This document shows, piece after piece, positions 10,047 to 19,893 of a stretch of 64,000 nt of DNA. Made by a program: the position numbers and the translations under genes. The stretch's first letter is position 1. Each line of letters opens with the position of its first letter. The DNA is taken from IMG/VR virus record IMGVR_UViG_2654588144_000016, positions 13,667 to 77,666 of that record, one strand, 5' to 3'. The notes under the pieces are model-generated. The model had not been told where the DNA came from. It did not search any database and was given only the letters and a program-made list of their open reading frames with translations. This stretch comes from a virus. Lineage: Duplodnaviria; Caudoviricetes.

Positions 10047-10367
10047 TCAGAAAATTTTTGCCATCGGGACAACATCAAAATAGATATCGTCTTCTTTCTC
10101 ATATGCTCGGCTGATTCCATTCTCGCTGTGAGAGCTTTCACCATCAGCCCCTTGTTTCGCCCAATAGTAAACAGCGGCGGCAAATATCGTATCACGATAC
10201 CGCTCAACCGCTGTCTCTTTCTCCGTGTCCGTGTATCCAAACGGATACCGCTTCGCACAAACCTTTCGGATTGCTCTCTGGATTAAGATGAACAGAACCG
10301 ACAAATCTTTTTCGGCTACCTCGTCACCAAGATATGTAATTACATCATCCAGAATCTCCGCTTCCAC
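10047..10367 (-). CDS. Head-tail connector (SPP1 gp15-like)
   Basis: GADGESSHSENGISRAY motif; follows capsid. Confidence 0.85.
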   Translation of the reverse strand: MEAEILDDVITYLGDEVAEKDLSVLFILIQRAIRKVCAKRYPFGYTDTEKETAVERYRDTIFAAAVYYWAKQGADGESSHSENGISRAYEKEDDIYFDVVPMAKIF

Positions 10368-10383
10368 TCATTTCACCTCACAA

Positions 10384-11706
10384 TCAGCCTGCCTTTGCGG
10401 TCACCGTTGTGCTACCGGCTTTCAGAGCCTTGTATGCTGAATCGCACTCAACTACGGTAATGGTCTTTCCAGTCTGCGCTGTAATGTCAGCAGAGCCATC
10501 CCATGCAGTCCAGGTCTGGACATTCTGACCGAAAACAACAGCGGTTTCGGAATCACCTATTTTATACTTATATGAATTTCCGCTTGCCTTTGCCGGGGAA
10601 ACAGTCAGTTTCGTTGCTCCGCTTGCAGAACCGGCGGATGATTCCACAGTCAGAGTGCCAAGAGTGTTCTCAGCAGTAGTAACCGTAGCGATTACCATAC
10701 CATATACGTCCGGAAGGACCGGGATAAACATACCAGAAGCTTTCGTCCATTTTGCAACAGGGTCTTCGGTCGCCCACATGGTCACGGTTACAAACATTTT
10801 CTGCAATGCTTCCTGGAATGCAGCATACTCAGCCTCCTCCGGAGTCGGTCCCCACAAACCAGTACCGGCCCTACCAGATACATCCGCCGTATAGAAGGTA
10901 ACCTTGTCCTCATCGAAGTAGCGACCATTCACTCTGGAACCATCAGCCTTGATGTAGGCATATCTTTCATCACAGGTAGCAATTTGAAGGCCGAACTCCT
11001 CCATGATGATAGACCGAAGTTCATTCATGGTAACCAGTCTACCCGCATTGATATTACCGTAGATTGCGGATTGGATGCCCTTGTTCTTTCTCATGCGCTG
11101 AATCTGGGTATCAGAGGTCAGCATTCTGGACGGAATTTTACCCTCATCCTTCAGCATTTTTACTGCCTTCATGATATCGCCAAAGATATCATATTCTGGG
11201 TTAGACCAATCACCAAAAGTGATTTTATGAGCCGCAGGTACACCAAAATCAATCAACATATCCAGATTATTTTCCTTGATTTTCATTACACCACGGCTCA
11301 TTGCCTGACCTTTGGCAATCTTGGTACGGGTAACAACGCTCTCGGACAATCTGCCCATATCGTCAAACACCCAGTTCACCAGACCATCATCATCTGGTAC
11401 ACCATTGTTGATGTACATCTGCAACTGCTCGGACTGATTGATTTTCTCCTTGATAAACAGTTTCTCAGTCAGAACTTTCTCGAAAGTCGGCCTGGTACCG
11501 ATGTGCGCCTCGGAATCCAGAGCATGCACAAATGCAGGAGTTGGCAAATTCTGTCCCTGCATTAGCCGGTAATACTCAGCCTTGAAGTGCTGTGTCTTCA
11601 CGTCCGGGAAAATGGTATCCAGAACGGTTGGCCTTGCAACGGCGAAGTTCTGAGAAAAATTTAATCTCTCTGTAACATTAATTGTATCCAATACATTAAA
11701 TGGCAT
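10384..11706 (-). CDS. Major capsid protein (lambda E-like) with C-terminal Ig-like domain
   Basis: Capsid fold region plus Thr/Ala-rich beta domain TLTVESSAG...TVTAK. Confidence 0.88.
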   Translation of the reverse strand: MPFNVLDTINVTERLNFSQNFAVARPTVLDTIFPDVKTQHFKAEYYRLMQGQNLPTPAFVHALDSEAHIGTRPTFEKVLTEKLFIKEKINQSEQLQMYINNGVPDDDGLVNWVFDDMGRLSESVVTRTKIAKGQAMSRGVMKIKENNLDMLIDFGVPAAHKITFGDWSNPEYDIFGDIMKAVKMLKDEGKIPSRMLTSDTQIQRMRKNKGIQSAIYGNINAGRLVTMNELRSIIMEEFGLQIATCDERYAYIKADGSRVNGRYFDEDKVTFYTADVSGRAGTGLWGPTPEEAEYAAFQEALQKMFVTVTMWATEDPVAKWTKASGMFIPVLPDVYGMVIATVTTAENTLGTLTVESSAGSASGATKLTVSPAKASGNSYKYKIGDSETAVVFGQNVQTWTAWDGSADITAQTGKTITVVECDSAYKALKAGSTTVTAKAG

Positions 11707-11720
11707 CTTTACACCTCCAA

Positions 11721-12065
11721 TTAAAATTCACATTCTGGAGCATCAAGAATTACAAATCCTTTTTTCTCCAAAGCTGTCTTGGCTTCGCTGGATAACGGCG
11801 TCTTTAATCTATTTCCGTAGATTCTTCCAGCTTTAATAACGCTGGCTGGACGATTTGTATCGTCAGTCATATCAACAGTTTCAAATACAATACCAGTTGC
11901 CTTGGAATCATTAGACGGGAATGCCGTTCCAGCATAAATAAGCTTCTTGTTGTCAACTGTAGTTGCCATCTCCTGGGTAACCATCTCTGTTTTCTGAACC
12001 AGGCCAACGGCAGATTCCAAAAAATTTGGCAGGCTATATCCCTGCTCAACCTTCATGTAAGCCAT
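11721..12065 (-). CDS. Head decoration protein
   Basis: AGT-x-FPSND-x-KATGI motif; between scaffold and capsid. Confidence 0.7.
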   Translation of the reverse strand: MAYMKVEQGYSLPNFLESAVGLVQKTEMVTQEMATTVDNKKLIYAGTAFPSNDSKATGIVFETVDMTDDTNRPASVIKAGRIYGNRLKTPLSSEAKTALEKKGFVILDAPECEF

Positions 12066-12077
12066 GTCATATCCTCC

Positions 12078-12689
12078 TTAAAATGTTGTTGTGGCAGCCG
12101 GAACCGGATTGCCTACCGTCGGCTGTGGGTTATGTTCCTGCGAATACTGTTTCGCATATTCAGCGGCAGCACTCTTTTCTTCTCCACCTCCAGCCGGGTC
12201 GGATTTGCCTCCGGTCCCCGGATTCGGAGTTTTGTCAAAAGTTTCTTTCTGCCACTGGGTCTTGTTCGCTTCGTCGCGTTTGGAGATTCCATTGACAAAA
12301 GATTCTGCGCTGGTCTTTGCCGCCTCCAAATCAAGCCCGGATAATGCGCCAATCATCCCGGAAAACTCCTCGCCGGAAAGGTTTGCTTTTGCGAAAATCG
12401 CTTCGACTGCGGAAGTTGTAAGCTGCTTCTGTAAATCTGCCGTTCTCTTTTCCGCTGCCTCTCTGGCTTTCTTCTCCTTTTCCAATTCGGTAAGATTCTG
12501 TTGCTCAAGACCATCAAGTTTGGTTTGCAGCTCCTCCGCCTTTTCAGCTTCTTTTTTCCATTTCTCAGCGTCTTCCTGATATTTCTTTACTTCTCCATTG
12601 TGCTGATTTAGGTAATTGGTTACCTGCTCATCAGTAGGTTCCTCGACGCCAAGCGCAACCAGATTCTTCTTTGCCTGTTCTCTTGTCAT
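12078..12689 (-). CDS. Capsid scaffolding protein
   Basis: Coiled coil, TPNPG motif, synteny. Confidence 0.8.
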   Translation of the reverse strand: MTREQAKKNLVALGVEEPTDEQVTNYLNQHNGEVKKYQEDAEKWKKEAEKAEELQTKLDGLEQQNLTELEKEKKAREAAEKRTADLQKQLTTSAVEAIFAKANLSGEEFSGMIGALSGLDLEAAKTSAESFVNGISKRDEANKTQWQKETFDKTPNPGTGGKSDPAGGGEEKSAAAEYAKQYSQEHNPQPTVGNPVPAATTTF

Positions 12690-12790
12690 GTTATTCCCCT
12701 TTCTAATCCACGCTTTTGATAACGCAGGTCGCTCCTGCTGGATTTTGCCATTTATCGGATGGCTCCATTTTGATATAAAAAAAGAAAAGC

Positions 12791-14239
12791 CTACTCGGCT
12801 CCTCCTGTTTTAACTGTTTCAGTTTGCTTTGTTTTCAAAAGTTCCAATGCGTGTTCTTTTTCAGCTTCAATATCAAGTTGCTCCTGCGTCTTGAAAATGG
12901 TATCCATGTACGGCTTACTCTGCGTCCAAACCTTTTCCGGGTCACCAAACAGCCCGCATACAGTAATTGCAATCAGCGGATGAATCTTATTTTTCAGTAA
13001 ATAATCCAGCGCCTGTGCCTTAACCAGCATATTATCAGTAGAATTTCGAGTAATCTTCACATCGAAGTCTCTTACTGTCAGAGGAACATCATTTGTTGTT
13101 TGCTTAATGATATTCAAAACAATTCTGGCATGTTTTTTCTCTGCCTCAATGGTAAATGGTTCATCCAGTTTTGCCCGCTGTTCCGCAAAATCCCAACCAT
13201 TCCGCAGGTAAACCGCCTGTCCGGTATCTCCGCCGGTATTCTGCTGTCGGTCTGGCATACCCTCAACGACAAGTACTTGTCGGTACACATCATCCTTGGC
13301 TACTTGCGTCTGCTGCTGATTCAATTCAGCCGTCATGAGTTTTACATCTGATTGCATTCCCTGACCGGAATCTTTAACCTCCACAGCACCAAGGTCACAC
13401 ATCTGTAAAAACTTCTTCTCATCAATCTCACAGTTCTTAAAAAGCATAAATGCCTGAATAAACTGTTCAATACCATTCATGCGGTCGGACTGCATTTTGT
13501 TAATCTGGTCAAGAAGCGTAATCACAATTTCAATGTCGGAGAGCCTGTCCGGATTATTCGGATACTCCACAATCGGAATACCGCCAAAACCATTTATTCC
13601 AGAATCAGTTACTCTACCGCCCTTGATGATGAAATATAAATCATCCGAATAGCACTGATAATACTGTTCGTCTTTTTCATCCTTCAATACCTGAATGGAA
13701 AGCATATCTGAATCATCTTTGGCAGAATACACAACAATCGTATTCAGCGGATTCGGAATATGGATTCGGAACGGAACAATATCTGTTGACTTTCCTTTAA
13801 GCGTTACCTTGTAGGCAGTTCCAACGGCACTCTGAAAATTTCCAAGCTTGATATCTCTGGCCTGCCGATGAGCGTCCTTCATGTAATCATTTAGTTTATC
13901 CACGGCATCATTGATTTTTTTATCTGTTTTTCGGCTGACATACTGTATCGGCTCCCCATATGTCTGACTGGTGCTAAAGCGGACAATTTCAAGTGCATGG
14001 TTCTCGCAGGTCTTATTGTTGATGTCAGGCCGCACTTTCTTTTCACGGTAATGAATCGGCTGGTCACCCTTGTAGTAATCGTAAAGATACCGTATCGCCG
14101 GTCGATTGTAATTCAGAACTGAAATGGCCTTACCAACGACACCAACAACATTTTCTTTGGTAATTCTATCGACATTCGTATATGCAATTTTTCTACCAAA
14201 ATGTCCATGGCATAAATCAATAAAGCTATTACTGTTCAT
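12791..14239 (-). CDS. Portal protein (SPP1 gp6-like)
   Basis: YYKGDQPI, IPIVEYPNN and SDIE..I.L.D motifs. Confidence 0.92.
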   Translation of the reverse strand: MNSNSFIDLCHGHFGRKIAYTNVDRITKENVVGVVGKAISVLNYNRPAIRYLYDYYKGDQPIHYREKKVRPDINNKTCENHALEIVRFSTSQTYGEPIQYVSRKTDKKINDAVDKLNDYMKDAHRQARDIKLGNFQSAVGTAYKVTLKGKSTDIVPFRIHIPNPLNTIVVYSAKDDSDMLSIQVLKDEKDEQYYQCYSDDLYFIIKGGRVTDSGINGFGGIPIVEYPNNPDRLSDIEIVITLLDQINKMQSDRMNGIEQFIQAFMLFKNCEIDEKKFLQMCDLGAVEVKDSGQGMQSDVKLMTAELNQQQTQVAKDDVYRQVLVVEGMPDRQQNTGGDTGQAVYLRNGWDFAEQRAKLDEPFTIEAEKKHARIVLNIIKQTTNDVPLTVRDFDVKITRNSTDNMLVKAQALDYLLKNKIHPLIAITVCGLFGDPEKVWTQSKPYMDTIFKTQEQLDIEAEKEHALELLKTKQTETVKTGGAE

Positions 14240-14376
14240 CAGCTTTTACCCTCTTCTGTCAAAAAAGTAAGGCCGTTGGAGGATTTTCTATATCCTTCAA
14301 CGGCTTGCATTTATTTCAATATTAATAGTTATATCAAACATCCTTAATTTAATTTGGATGTCTCGCATACTTTTTA

Positions 14377-14418
14377 CTAATACCATTTTACCATATCCTA
14401 AGTGGCATTTGTGGCAAA
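14377..14418 (-). promoter_or_regulatory. Putative activator-dependent late promoter for the head operon
   Basis: TGCCAC direct repeat followed by extended -10 TGGTAAAAT, no consensus -35, downstream of the late regulator gene. Confidence 0.5.
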
Positions 14419-14426
14419 GATGAATA

Positions 14427-15025
14427 AAGTAGCAATTTAAACGATGGAAAATACTGGCGTGCATATACAACCACTTTTGCATTTGGTCGAGAAATACCAG
14501 CTGGTAAAGACATGACATTTGATTTAAATATTAGTTTTCCGGCACGTCCATCTGTACTTGTCATTATTCCCTCTACTGCCAAAATAACAAACGTAAGGTA
14601 TGATTTTGACAATTCGACCTCGACCAAGACAAGAATCATCTTTGACAACGAGGGAGCGACAATACCCGCAGATGCTATGGTACGTATGGGCGTTATCGCT
14701 ATCAAATGATTATTTGGTAAAATAAATCATCTCAAAGTAAAATATACTGTTACCTATGGCCCCTGAATCAATGGTTATATTGCCGGTATTGGCAATAACC
14801 TTAAACACTCCATATCCTGTGGTGCCATAAATTAAGCATACTTTTTCTTGTGCGGCCACCGGAAGTCCACTAATCAGTAGTGTATTGTTAATTGTTGTAT
14901 TTTGCTTTAATGTAACAAGTGTATTTACTACACATTGTTTTCCGATTTTATAATAATTGGCTGTTCCGGTAGCCCAATCCGCATTTATGGTAGCTGCCCC
15001 TAATTCCAGTTCTAAATTGCTACTT
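14427..15025. repeat. Putative invertible segment bounded by 13-bp inverted repeats AAGTAGCAATTTA
   Basis: Identical 13-mers at 14427-14439 (+) and 15013-15025 (-), each in frame as S-S-N-L. Confidence 0.7.
14428..14709 (+). pseudogene. Start-less tail-fibre-tip-like cassette A (SSNLNDGKYWRAY...GVIAIK)
   Basis: Frame open from the repeat to TGA 14709; TAA immediately upstream; beta-rich. Confidence 0.6.
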
Positions 15026-15045
15026 CTTTTCTTTTTGAATCGCAT
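14710..15045 (-). CDS. Tail-fibre-tip-like cassette B (SSNLELELG...YFTK)
   Basis: YYKIGKQC, ISGLP and terminal Y-F-T-K resemble tail fibre C-terminal domains. Confidence 0.6.
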   Translation of the reverse strand: MRFKKKRSSNLELELGAATINADWATGTANYYKIGKQCVVNTLVTLKQNTTINNTLLISGLPVAAQEKVCLIYGTTGYGVFKVIANTGNITIDSGAIGNSIFYFEMIYFTK

Positions 15046-15475
15046 TCAGAAACTTATCAATCTTAAGTCCTATGGTCCTCCTGCTATAATTCAATTTCTT
15101 CGCTATTTCTCCATCGGATTTGCGTTCTACATACTTTAATCCTAAAATATGCTTAATTTCAATATCCTCAGCAGGTAGTGTTTCCAAAAAAGTCTCAATA
15201 TCTAATTTCATATCTTCAAAAAGTTGTTCATTACCTTTGAGGTCGATAATCAACTGGCGTACCATTTTTTCCCGTTCTGAGTTCGACTTTATAGTTGGAC
15301 CAGAAACCACAAAATGACATTCAGTAAATGGAAACTGCTTCATAGAGCCTTTTACGATGCCATACTGTTGCTGAACCGGATGATTTTCATAATATTTTAT
15401 TCTGCCCCGAATTCTTTTGATTTCAGATTCCAGGTACACATAGGTTGCCAGATACTCTCTTGTCAAAGTTTGCAT
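15020..15475 (-). CDS. ArpU/RinA-like late transcriptional regulator
   Basis: C-terminal sigma-region-4-like HTH (LKYVERKSDGEIAKKLNYSRRTI). Confidence 0.7.
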   Translation of the reverse strand: MQTLTREYLATYVYLESEIKRIRGRIKYYENHPVQQQYGIVKGSMKQFPFTECHFVVSGPTIKSNSEREKMVRQLIIDLKGNEQLFEDMKLDIETFLETLPAEDIEIKHILGLKYVERKSDGEIAKKLNYSRRTIGLKIDKFLNAIQKEKK

Positions 15476-15494
15476 AATACTTGTTCTCCTTAAT

Positions 15495-18272
15495 TTAGAA
15501 TGGTCGTGGCGTAGGCTTTGCTGAAGCTACACCTCCGCCGCTTCTGTAAACAGCTAACATGGCTACCATATCGGGTGCATCATCGTGAGCATTCTTCGCC
15601 AACTGACTGTATGCGCACAACCACGACATGAATTGCCCATAATCAGATTTAACCTCATAACAATCTGGGTGCTTAAATAGCACATGCTGAATTACCCATG
15701 GACTATTGACGATAATCTTCGTTTCCTTATTGGTAGTTGTGAATCTCTTTTCAATGCTGGCTCGCCCACCTTTTTCTTTTACTTTTTCCTGAACCTTATC
15801 GCCGGTTCTGCTACCCTCTTTGTTGCTCTCAAATACCGCAATCTGAACATTGTTCCGAACCAGGCATTCTGCATTCAAGTCGTCAAGCAAATAGGGGTCA
15901 ATACTCTGGAATACCACATCATGAAGATAATAGTCCTCACCATACTGGTAAAACACACCCAGACAGTTGTAATCAGAACCCGTATCTTTCGTATCGCAGA
16001 ACGCCCATATAGCATCTGGCTCTTTTGGCGGCAGCTCCCCATAATACCGCCGTAACATATCTGGATTGTAGAGGATTCCCTCGCGTTCTACGGGTTCATT
16101 CTTGTATAAACACTTATATGTAATATCATCCAGCGACTTTTCGATATCTTCAAAATACTCCACATCGAATCCAACGCCATAATCATAATCAAAATTGCTT
16201 TCCCCTGTTGCCGGGTCAATATCGGGCACTGAAATGAAACGGCAACGCTTATTATTCTGGTAGATGGTTTTTATGCGCCCAATCACATCCCATACAGACC
16301 ATCTAGTCGCAATATGTAGTTCCTTGCAGGTCCTCCCACGTTTTCCTTTTTTCTTTCGGGTTTTTAAATCTGTACTATACATCGTCCAGAGTTTATCCAG
16401 ACGTATTTTAGACAATGCCATCTCGATTCCAGAACAAAGGTCATCGCAATACAAAATCCCCTCACATCGGGTAACGCCTGTTTGGGAAGCCCCCAACGCT
16501 CTGCAGGTCAATGTCTTAAAAGGCTTGAACTTTCCAAGGTTAATTTCCTGCTCATTTGCATTGTTGCTTTCCACTTCAACATCCGGGAATATTTCTCTCC
16601 ATGTGTATTCTGGTATCTGCCCAGGCTTCAAACCAATTCCAATGATATTGCAAACAACTTGATAAACCATTCTGGTAACATGGCCACTGTGAGATGAGAA
16701 CAGATTACACAAATCCGGGAACCATCCCATGAAACCGGACATGAACATTTCTCCAAGTGTAGTGTTATGAGTGATAACATATCCATCAGTAATATATAAA
16801 TGAGATTCATCATCCACCATAATGCATTGGCATTCCTCTTCACCTACATACGCTATATTTCTTATGAATCGTTTTATTTTTTTTCTTTTCGGGCAATACA
16901 AAATCTTTTTTCGTTCTAAAGAAAAAATCTTCTCACTTTCACTCGAAAATTGAATAAGTATTCGATAACATAGTTTTCCTTCTCTTTTTTCTCCCTTATA
17001 GAGATAGCAACTCTTTTTTGTTCCTTTGCTTGCATATCCTCCCAATGAGTGAACCAATTCTACAACGTCATTAGCAAGTTTCTCCGATACTGTATAATAC
17101 TCTGCATGGTTTTCTTGAGCACATCCATCTGTGTCAAGCAATCCTCTTAGCAAATCAAGTCTCTGTTTATATGACGCTGTCAAATATTCTTCTGGTATGA
17201 ATTTGTGGTCGCTTGTTTTTCCATACAGCCCTAACCTTTCTAATTCCCTACGAAAATGGCACTTTGTATATCTTCCCCTACTATCTCTCTTTGAATATCC
17301 CTCTACAATACGGTACGAAATATCATCAATTAGATTTAACGAATAGCCATCCGGCAATAAATCTTTGATTCTATTTAAGATTTCCTTATCTATATTTGTA
17401 ATATTTATAGAACCTCCAGACAGCGCACCACCTCCTATAAGAGCACCCAAAACATAGGGAGATATTAAAAACTCCTTCTCTTTAAAATCAATTTTAGGCA
17501 CATAATCAACAGAATAGTTCACGCGCTTTCCATGCTCTACATAAACATTATTAATCATGTCCCTCAATTCAATAACTCTATACCTACCGTTTTCCCCATA
17601 GCGTTTTTTGTTTCGGTCTTCCCTTGTCTGAACTTTCCACAAATGTTCGTCAGAACAACGCACCTTTGTACCATCATCAAAAGTTATCTCATAAACCTTT
17701 TTCTTTCCCTGCGGATACACCCCAACAACCTTGCATACATTCCCAGTGCCAGAAATTACTTCCTGACCAATTTTTACATCACCCATTCGCATGAACCCAT
17801 CTGGTGTAAGAACTTTGGAATACAGTGGTTGCGCTTTCCCGCTCCCAGGTACGGTAGATATGCTCAAAATATCTATTTCATCATCAATCAAATCCTGTAA
17901 CGCTTGCGTGAAACCCATTTTCAGGAATTGCTTGCGGCGTGGCTCATAAAATCTATCCTCCGGGTCCCGATTCTTCTCCAGATAAATCAAGTAGCTGTCC
18001 ACCACACGATTTCTGGCTTCAAACAGCATAGTATCCCAGTACAACTTGTCCCATTGAGGGTCAAGTGTCTGCTGTAAGCGTTGTAACGACCAACGCTTAA
18101 TAAATCCTGAATAGGAAAACACATATTTTCGTTCATCTGCACCCAAATCCGGGTTATCCTGCATCGTATATTGAAGTTCGGACAGAAGAAGTTGCAAAAT
18201 GTCCAAAGATGGCGGCTCTGTAATCTGCCGCTTTAATTTTTTGATTAATTTCCGGTGTTCCTGGAAATTCAT
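15495..18272 (-). CDS. terL: Terminase large subunit with intein
   Basis: Walker A PGSGK/T split by intein, Walker B LYCDD, ATRW, nuclease HDDAPD; start ATG 18272 with AAGGAGG. Confidence 0.93.
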   Translation of the reverse strand: MNFQEHRKLIKKLKRQITEPPSLDILQLLLSELQYTMQDNPDLGADERKYVFSYSGFIKRWSLQRLQQTLDPQWDKLYWDTMLFEARNRVVDSYLIYLEKNRDPEDRFYEPRRKQFLKMGFTQALQDLIDDEIDILSISTVPGSGKAQPLYSKVLTPDGFMRMGDVKIGQEVISGTGNVCKVVGVYPQGKKKVYEITFDDGTKVRCSDEHLWKVQTREDRNKKRYGENGRYRVIELRDMINNVYVEHGKRVNYSVDYVPKIDFKEKEFLISPYVLGALIGGGALSGGSINITNIDKEILNRIKDLLPDGYSLNLIDDISYRIVEGYSKRDSRGRYTKCHFRRELERLGLYGKTSDHKFIPEEYLTASYKQRLDLLRGLLDTDGCAQENHAEYYTVSEKLANDVVELVHSLGGYASKGTKKSCYLYKGEKREGKLCYRILIQFSSESEKIFSLERKKILYCPKRKKIKRFIRNIAYVGEEECQCIMVDDESHLYITDGYVITHNTTLGEMFMSGFMGWFPDLCNLFSSHSGHVTRMVYQVVCNIIGIGLKPGQIPEYTWREIFPDVEVESNNANEQEINLGKFKPFKTLTCRALGASQTGVTRCEGILYCDDLCSGIEMALSKIRLDKLWTMYSTDLKTRKKKGKRGRTCKELHIATRWSVWDVIGRIKTIYQNNKRCRFISVPDIDPATGESNFDYDYGVGFDVEYFEDIEKSLDDITYKCLYKNEPVEREGILYNPDMLRRYYGELPPKEPDAIWAFCDTKDTGSDYNCLGVFYQYGEDYYLHDVVFQSIDPYLLDDLNAECLVRNNVQIAVFESNKEGSRTGDKVQEKVKEKGGRASIEKRFTTTNKETKIIVNSPWVIQHVLFKHPDCYEVKSDYGQFMSWLCAYSQLAKNAHDDAPDMVAMLAVYRSGGGVASAKPTPRPF
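16764..17834 (-). mobile_element. Class 3 intein (357 aa) with LAGLIDADG homing endonuclease domain
   Basis: Starts Ala (AQPLYSKV), ends THN/T; W in block B, C in block F, T in block G; LLRGLLDTDG. Confidence 0.88.
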
Positions 18273-18353
18273 AAGAAAAGCCTCCTTCCTCTGTTTATTT
18301 CGCAAAGGTCGAAGGCTCACTAGGCACTGGTTTAAATCGACATAATTTTTAAC

Positions 18354-18782
18354 TTAATCCTGTTCGGGATGTTCTTTCTGCCATTTTTGATAATACCAAC
18401 ATCTCGTTGCAAGGCCCCTGTTTATACCACGAAGAATATCATAATTTTCGCATTCATATTCTTTATTCCAACCATGAACATCAAAATTATGCCCTAAGCA
18501 TAGTCTACGAACTCTTGATTTTGCCCAATCATCGCAGTCATGTTTCTTCCCAATCATAAATGTTGCCGCCCAAGGTGTTGCATTGGGACTACAATAGAAA
18601 TACAACGGCCACCAATGTCCATCACATAGAAAAGGCAACCTAAAACAAATATACCCGTATTTTTTAGTATGTAGTTGTACTCCCCAATGCATGGCATTTC
18701 TCCCATATACTGTAAGATTCCCAATACTAATATGGCCTGTCATAAAATTCCACTTCATGTAATGCTTTATCTTACTCCACAT
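18354..18782 (-). CDS. Hypothetical protein (aromatic-rich)
   Basis: Coupled ORF in operon. Confidence 0.65.
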   Translation of the reverse strand: MWSKIKHYMKWNFMTGHISIGNLTVYGRNAMHWGVQLHTKKYGYICFRLPFLCDGHWWPLYFYCSPNATPWAATFMIGKKHDCDDWAKSRVRRLCLGHNFDVHGWNKEYECENYDILRGINRGLATRCWYYQKWQKEHPEQD

Positions 18783-19257
18783 TTACAATTATCTCCTTCC
18801 GACATCTACTGTTTTTGCACTTATATGGCATTTTCTCTATCCGCGTATCAGAATTTACTTTAAACTGTTTTTTCTGACAATAAGGACAGATAATCCATCC
18901 GTCTTTTATATCCGCTTGCCCGTCAAATCCATCTTCTGGCGGATTCATTGCTTTTGAAAAATCCATCTTAGTCCCTTCCATTTCAATTATTGATAACCTA
19001 TTATCACCCATGTAACATATGCTACAATGTCCATCGTCACATTCAACTTTAAAAGGTTCTGGTTTGAATACGGCGATTGGCTTCTCAAAAGTATATTTTC
19101 GAATGATTCTACAATCTGTAACTTTTTTCATATTTGCATTGAGTCCTTCTGAAATCAACCTGTGCTCCTGCATTTCGGCTGGATATAAGTTTTCATCAAT
19201 TTTTATTGTACAGTGTCTCAGAGGAATATCATATTCCCTTTCTGGACTTAAAAGCAT
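18772..19257 (-). CDS. Protein with C-terminal zinc ribbon (Com/Cys-rich KTR-like)
   Basis: WIICPYC...KCKNSRCRKE; possible internal start at MDFSKAM. Confidence 0.6.
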   Translation of the reverse strand: MLLSPEREYDIPLRHCTIKIDENLYPAEMQEHRLISEGLNANMKKVTDCRIIRKYTFEKPIAVFKPEPFKVECDDGHCSICYMGDNRLSIIEMEGTKMDFSKAMNPPEDGFDGQADIKDGWIICPYCQKKQFKVNSDTRIEKMPYKCKNSRCRKEIIVNVE

Positions 19258-19279
19258 TTATTCCATCCTCCCAGCAAAC

Positions 19280-19594
19280 TTAGAAAATATAATTCCGATT
19301 CTTATGAGCACTATCGTTTCTCATCATGAGTGTTAAGTCGTTCCCACTTACCCACGCCAACGTATTTCCATCATCAAGGAATGTTATCTCATATTCGTCT
19401 TTTTCCTCATATGTTCCACCAAGCGTTTGCTCCATGTATTCCTTATAGACTTTACTGACATAAGCCTTTCTGTTAAACCACGTATCATTAACACATGGTA
19501 CAACTTTGATTCCGCTTTCATCAATTACCATATTCTGTTCGATAGAAAACTTTGTGCAAAGAACAATATCCCCTTTATTAAACCTTCGTTTCAT
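19280..19594 (-). CDS. Hypothetical protein
   Basis: Coupled ORF. Confidence 0.65.
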   Translation of the reverse strand: MKRRFNKGDIVLCTKFSIEQNMVIDESGIKVVPCVNDTWFNRKAYVSKVYKEYMEQTLGGTYEEKDEYEITFLDDGNTLAWVSGNDLTLMMRNDSAHKNRNYIF

Positions 19595-19893
19595 TTCTCT
19601 AACCTCGTTTCAAACCCTGCTGCCATCAGTTTATCATTGATTTCCAACGCATATCCGGCAAAACATTCCTGATATCGGTTTCCATAACCATCTGCGTATT
19701 TACACAGCTTTCTGCGCTTTATCGGATCTCCGTCCGACAAGAGCAATTTAATGCAATAAGCAAACGTCTTTCCGTTGCACCGTCCTGACCGAATTATATC
19801 TCGCTTTCCAAGCAGATAATCCTTCTGCCAGTTATACAATTGGATTCCAAAAGCCTGTTCAATCCTTTTGATTGTGTTATCATCAATCTTCAT
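19591..19893 (-). CDS. Small terminase-ATPase-like fragment protein
   Basis: Q-motif-like LYNWQ and Walker-A-like GRCNGKT in 100 aa. Confidence 0.55.
   Translation of the reverse strand: MKIDDNTIKRIEQAFGIQLYNWQKDYLLGKRDIIRSGRCNGKTFAYCIKLLLSDGDPIKRRKLCKYADGYGNRYQECFAGYALEINDKLMAAGFETRLEK

Noticed and set aside
14427-15025. Diversity-generating retroelement TR/VR pair
   Set aside because: The two cassettes are not near-identical with A-specific differences and no reverse transcriptase is in the window
19742-19750. AGCAATTTA partial match to the tail-cassette repeat
   Set aside because: Only 9 bp, inside a coding region on the antisense strand; expected by chance
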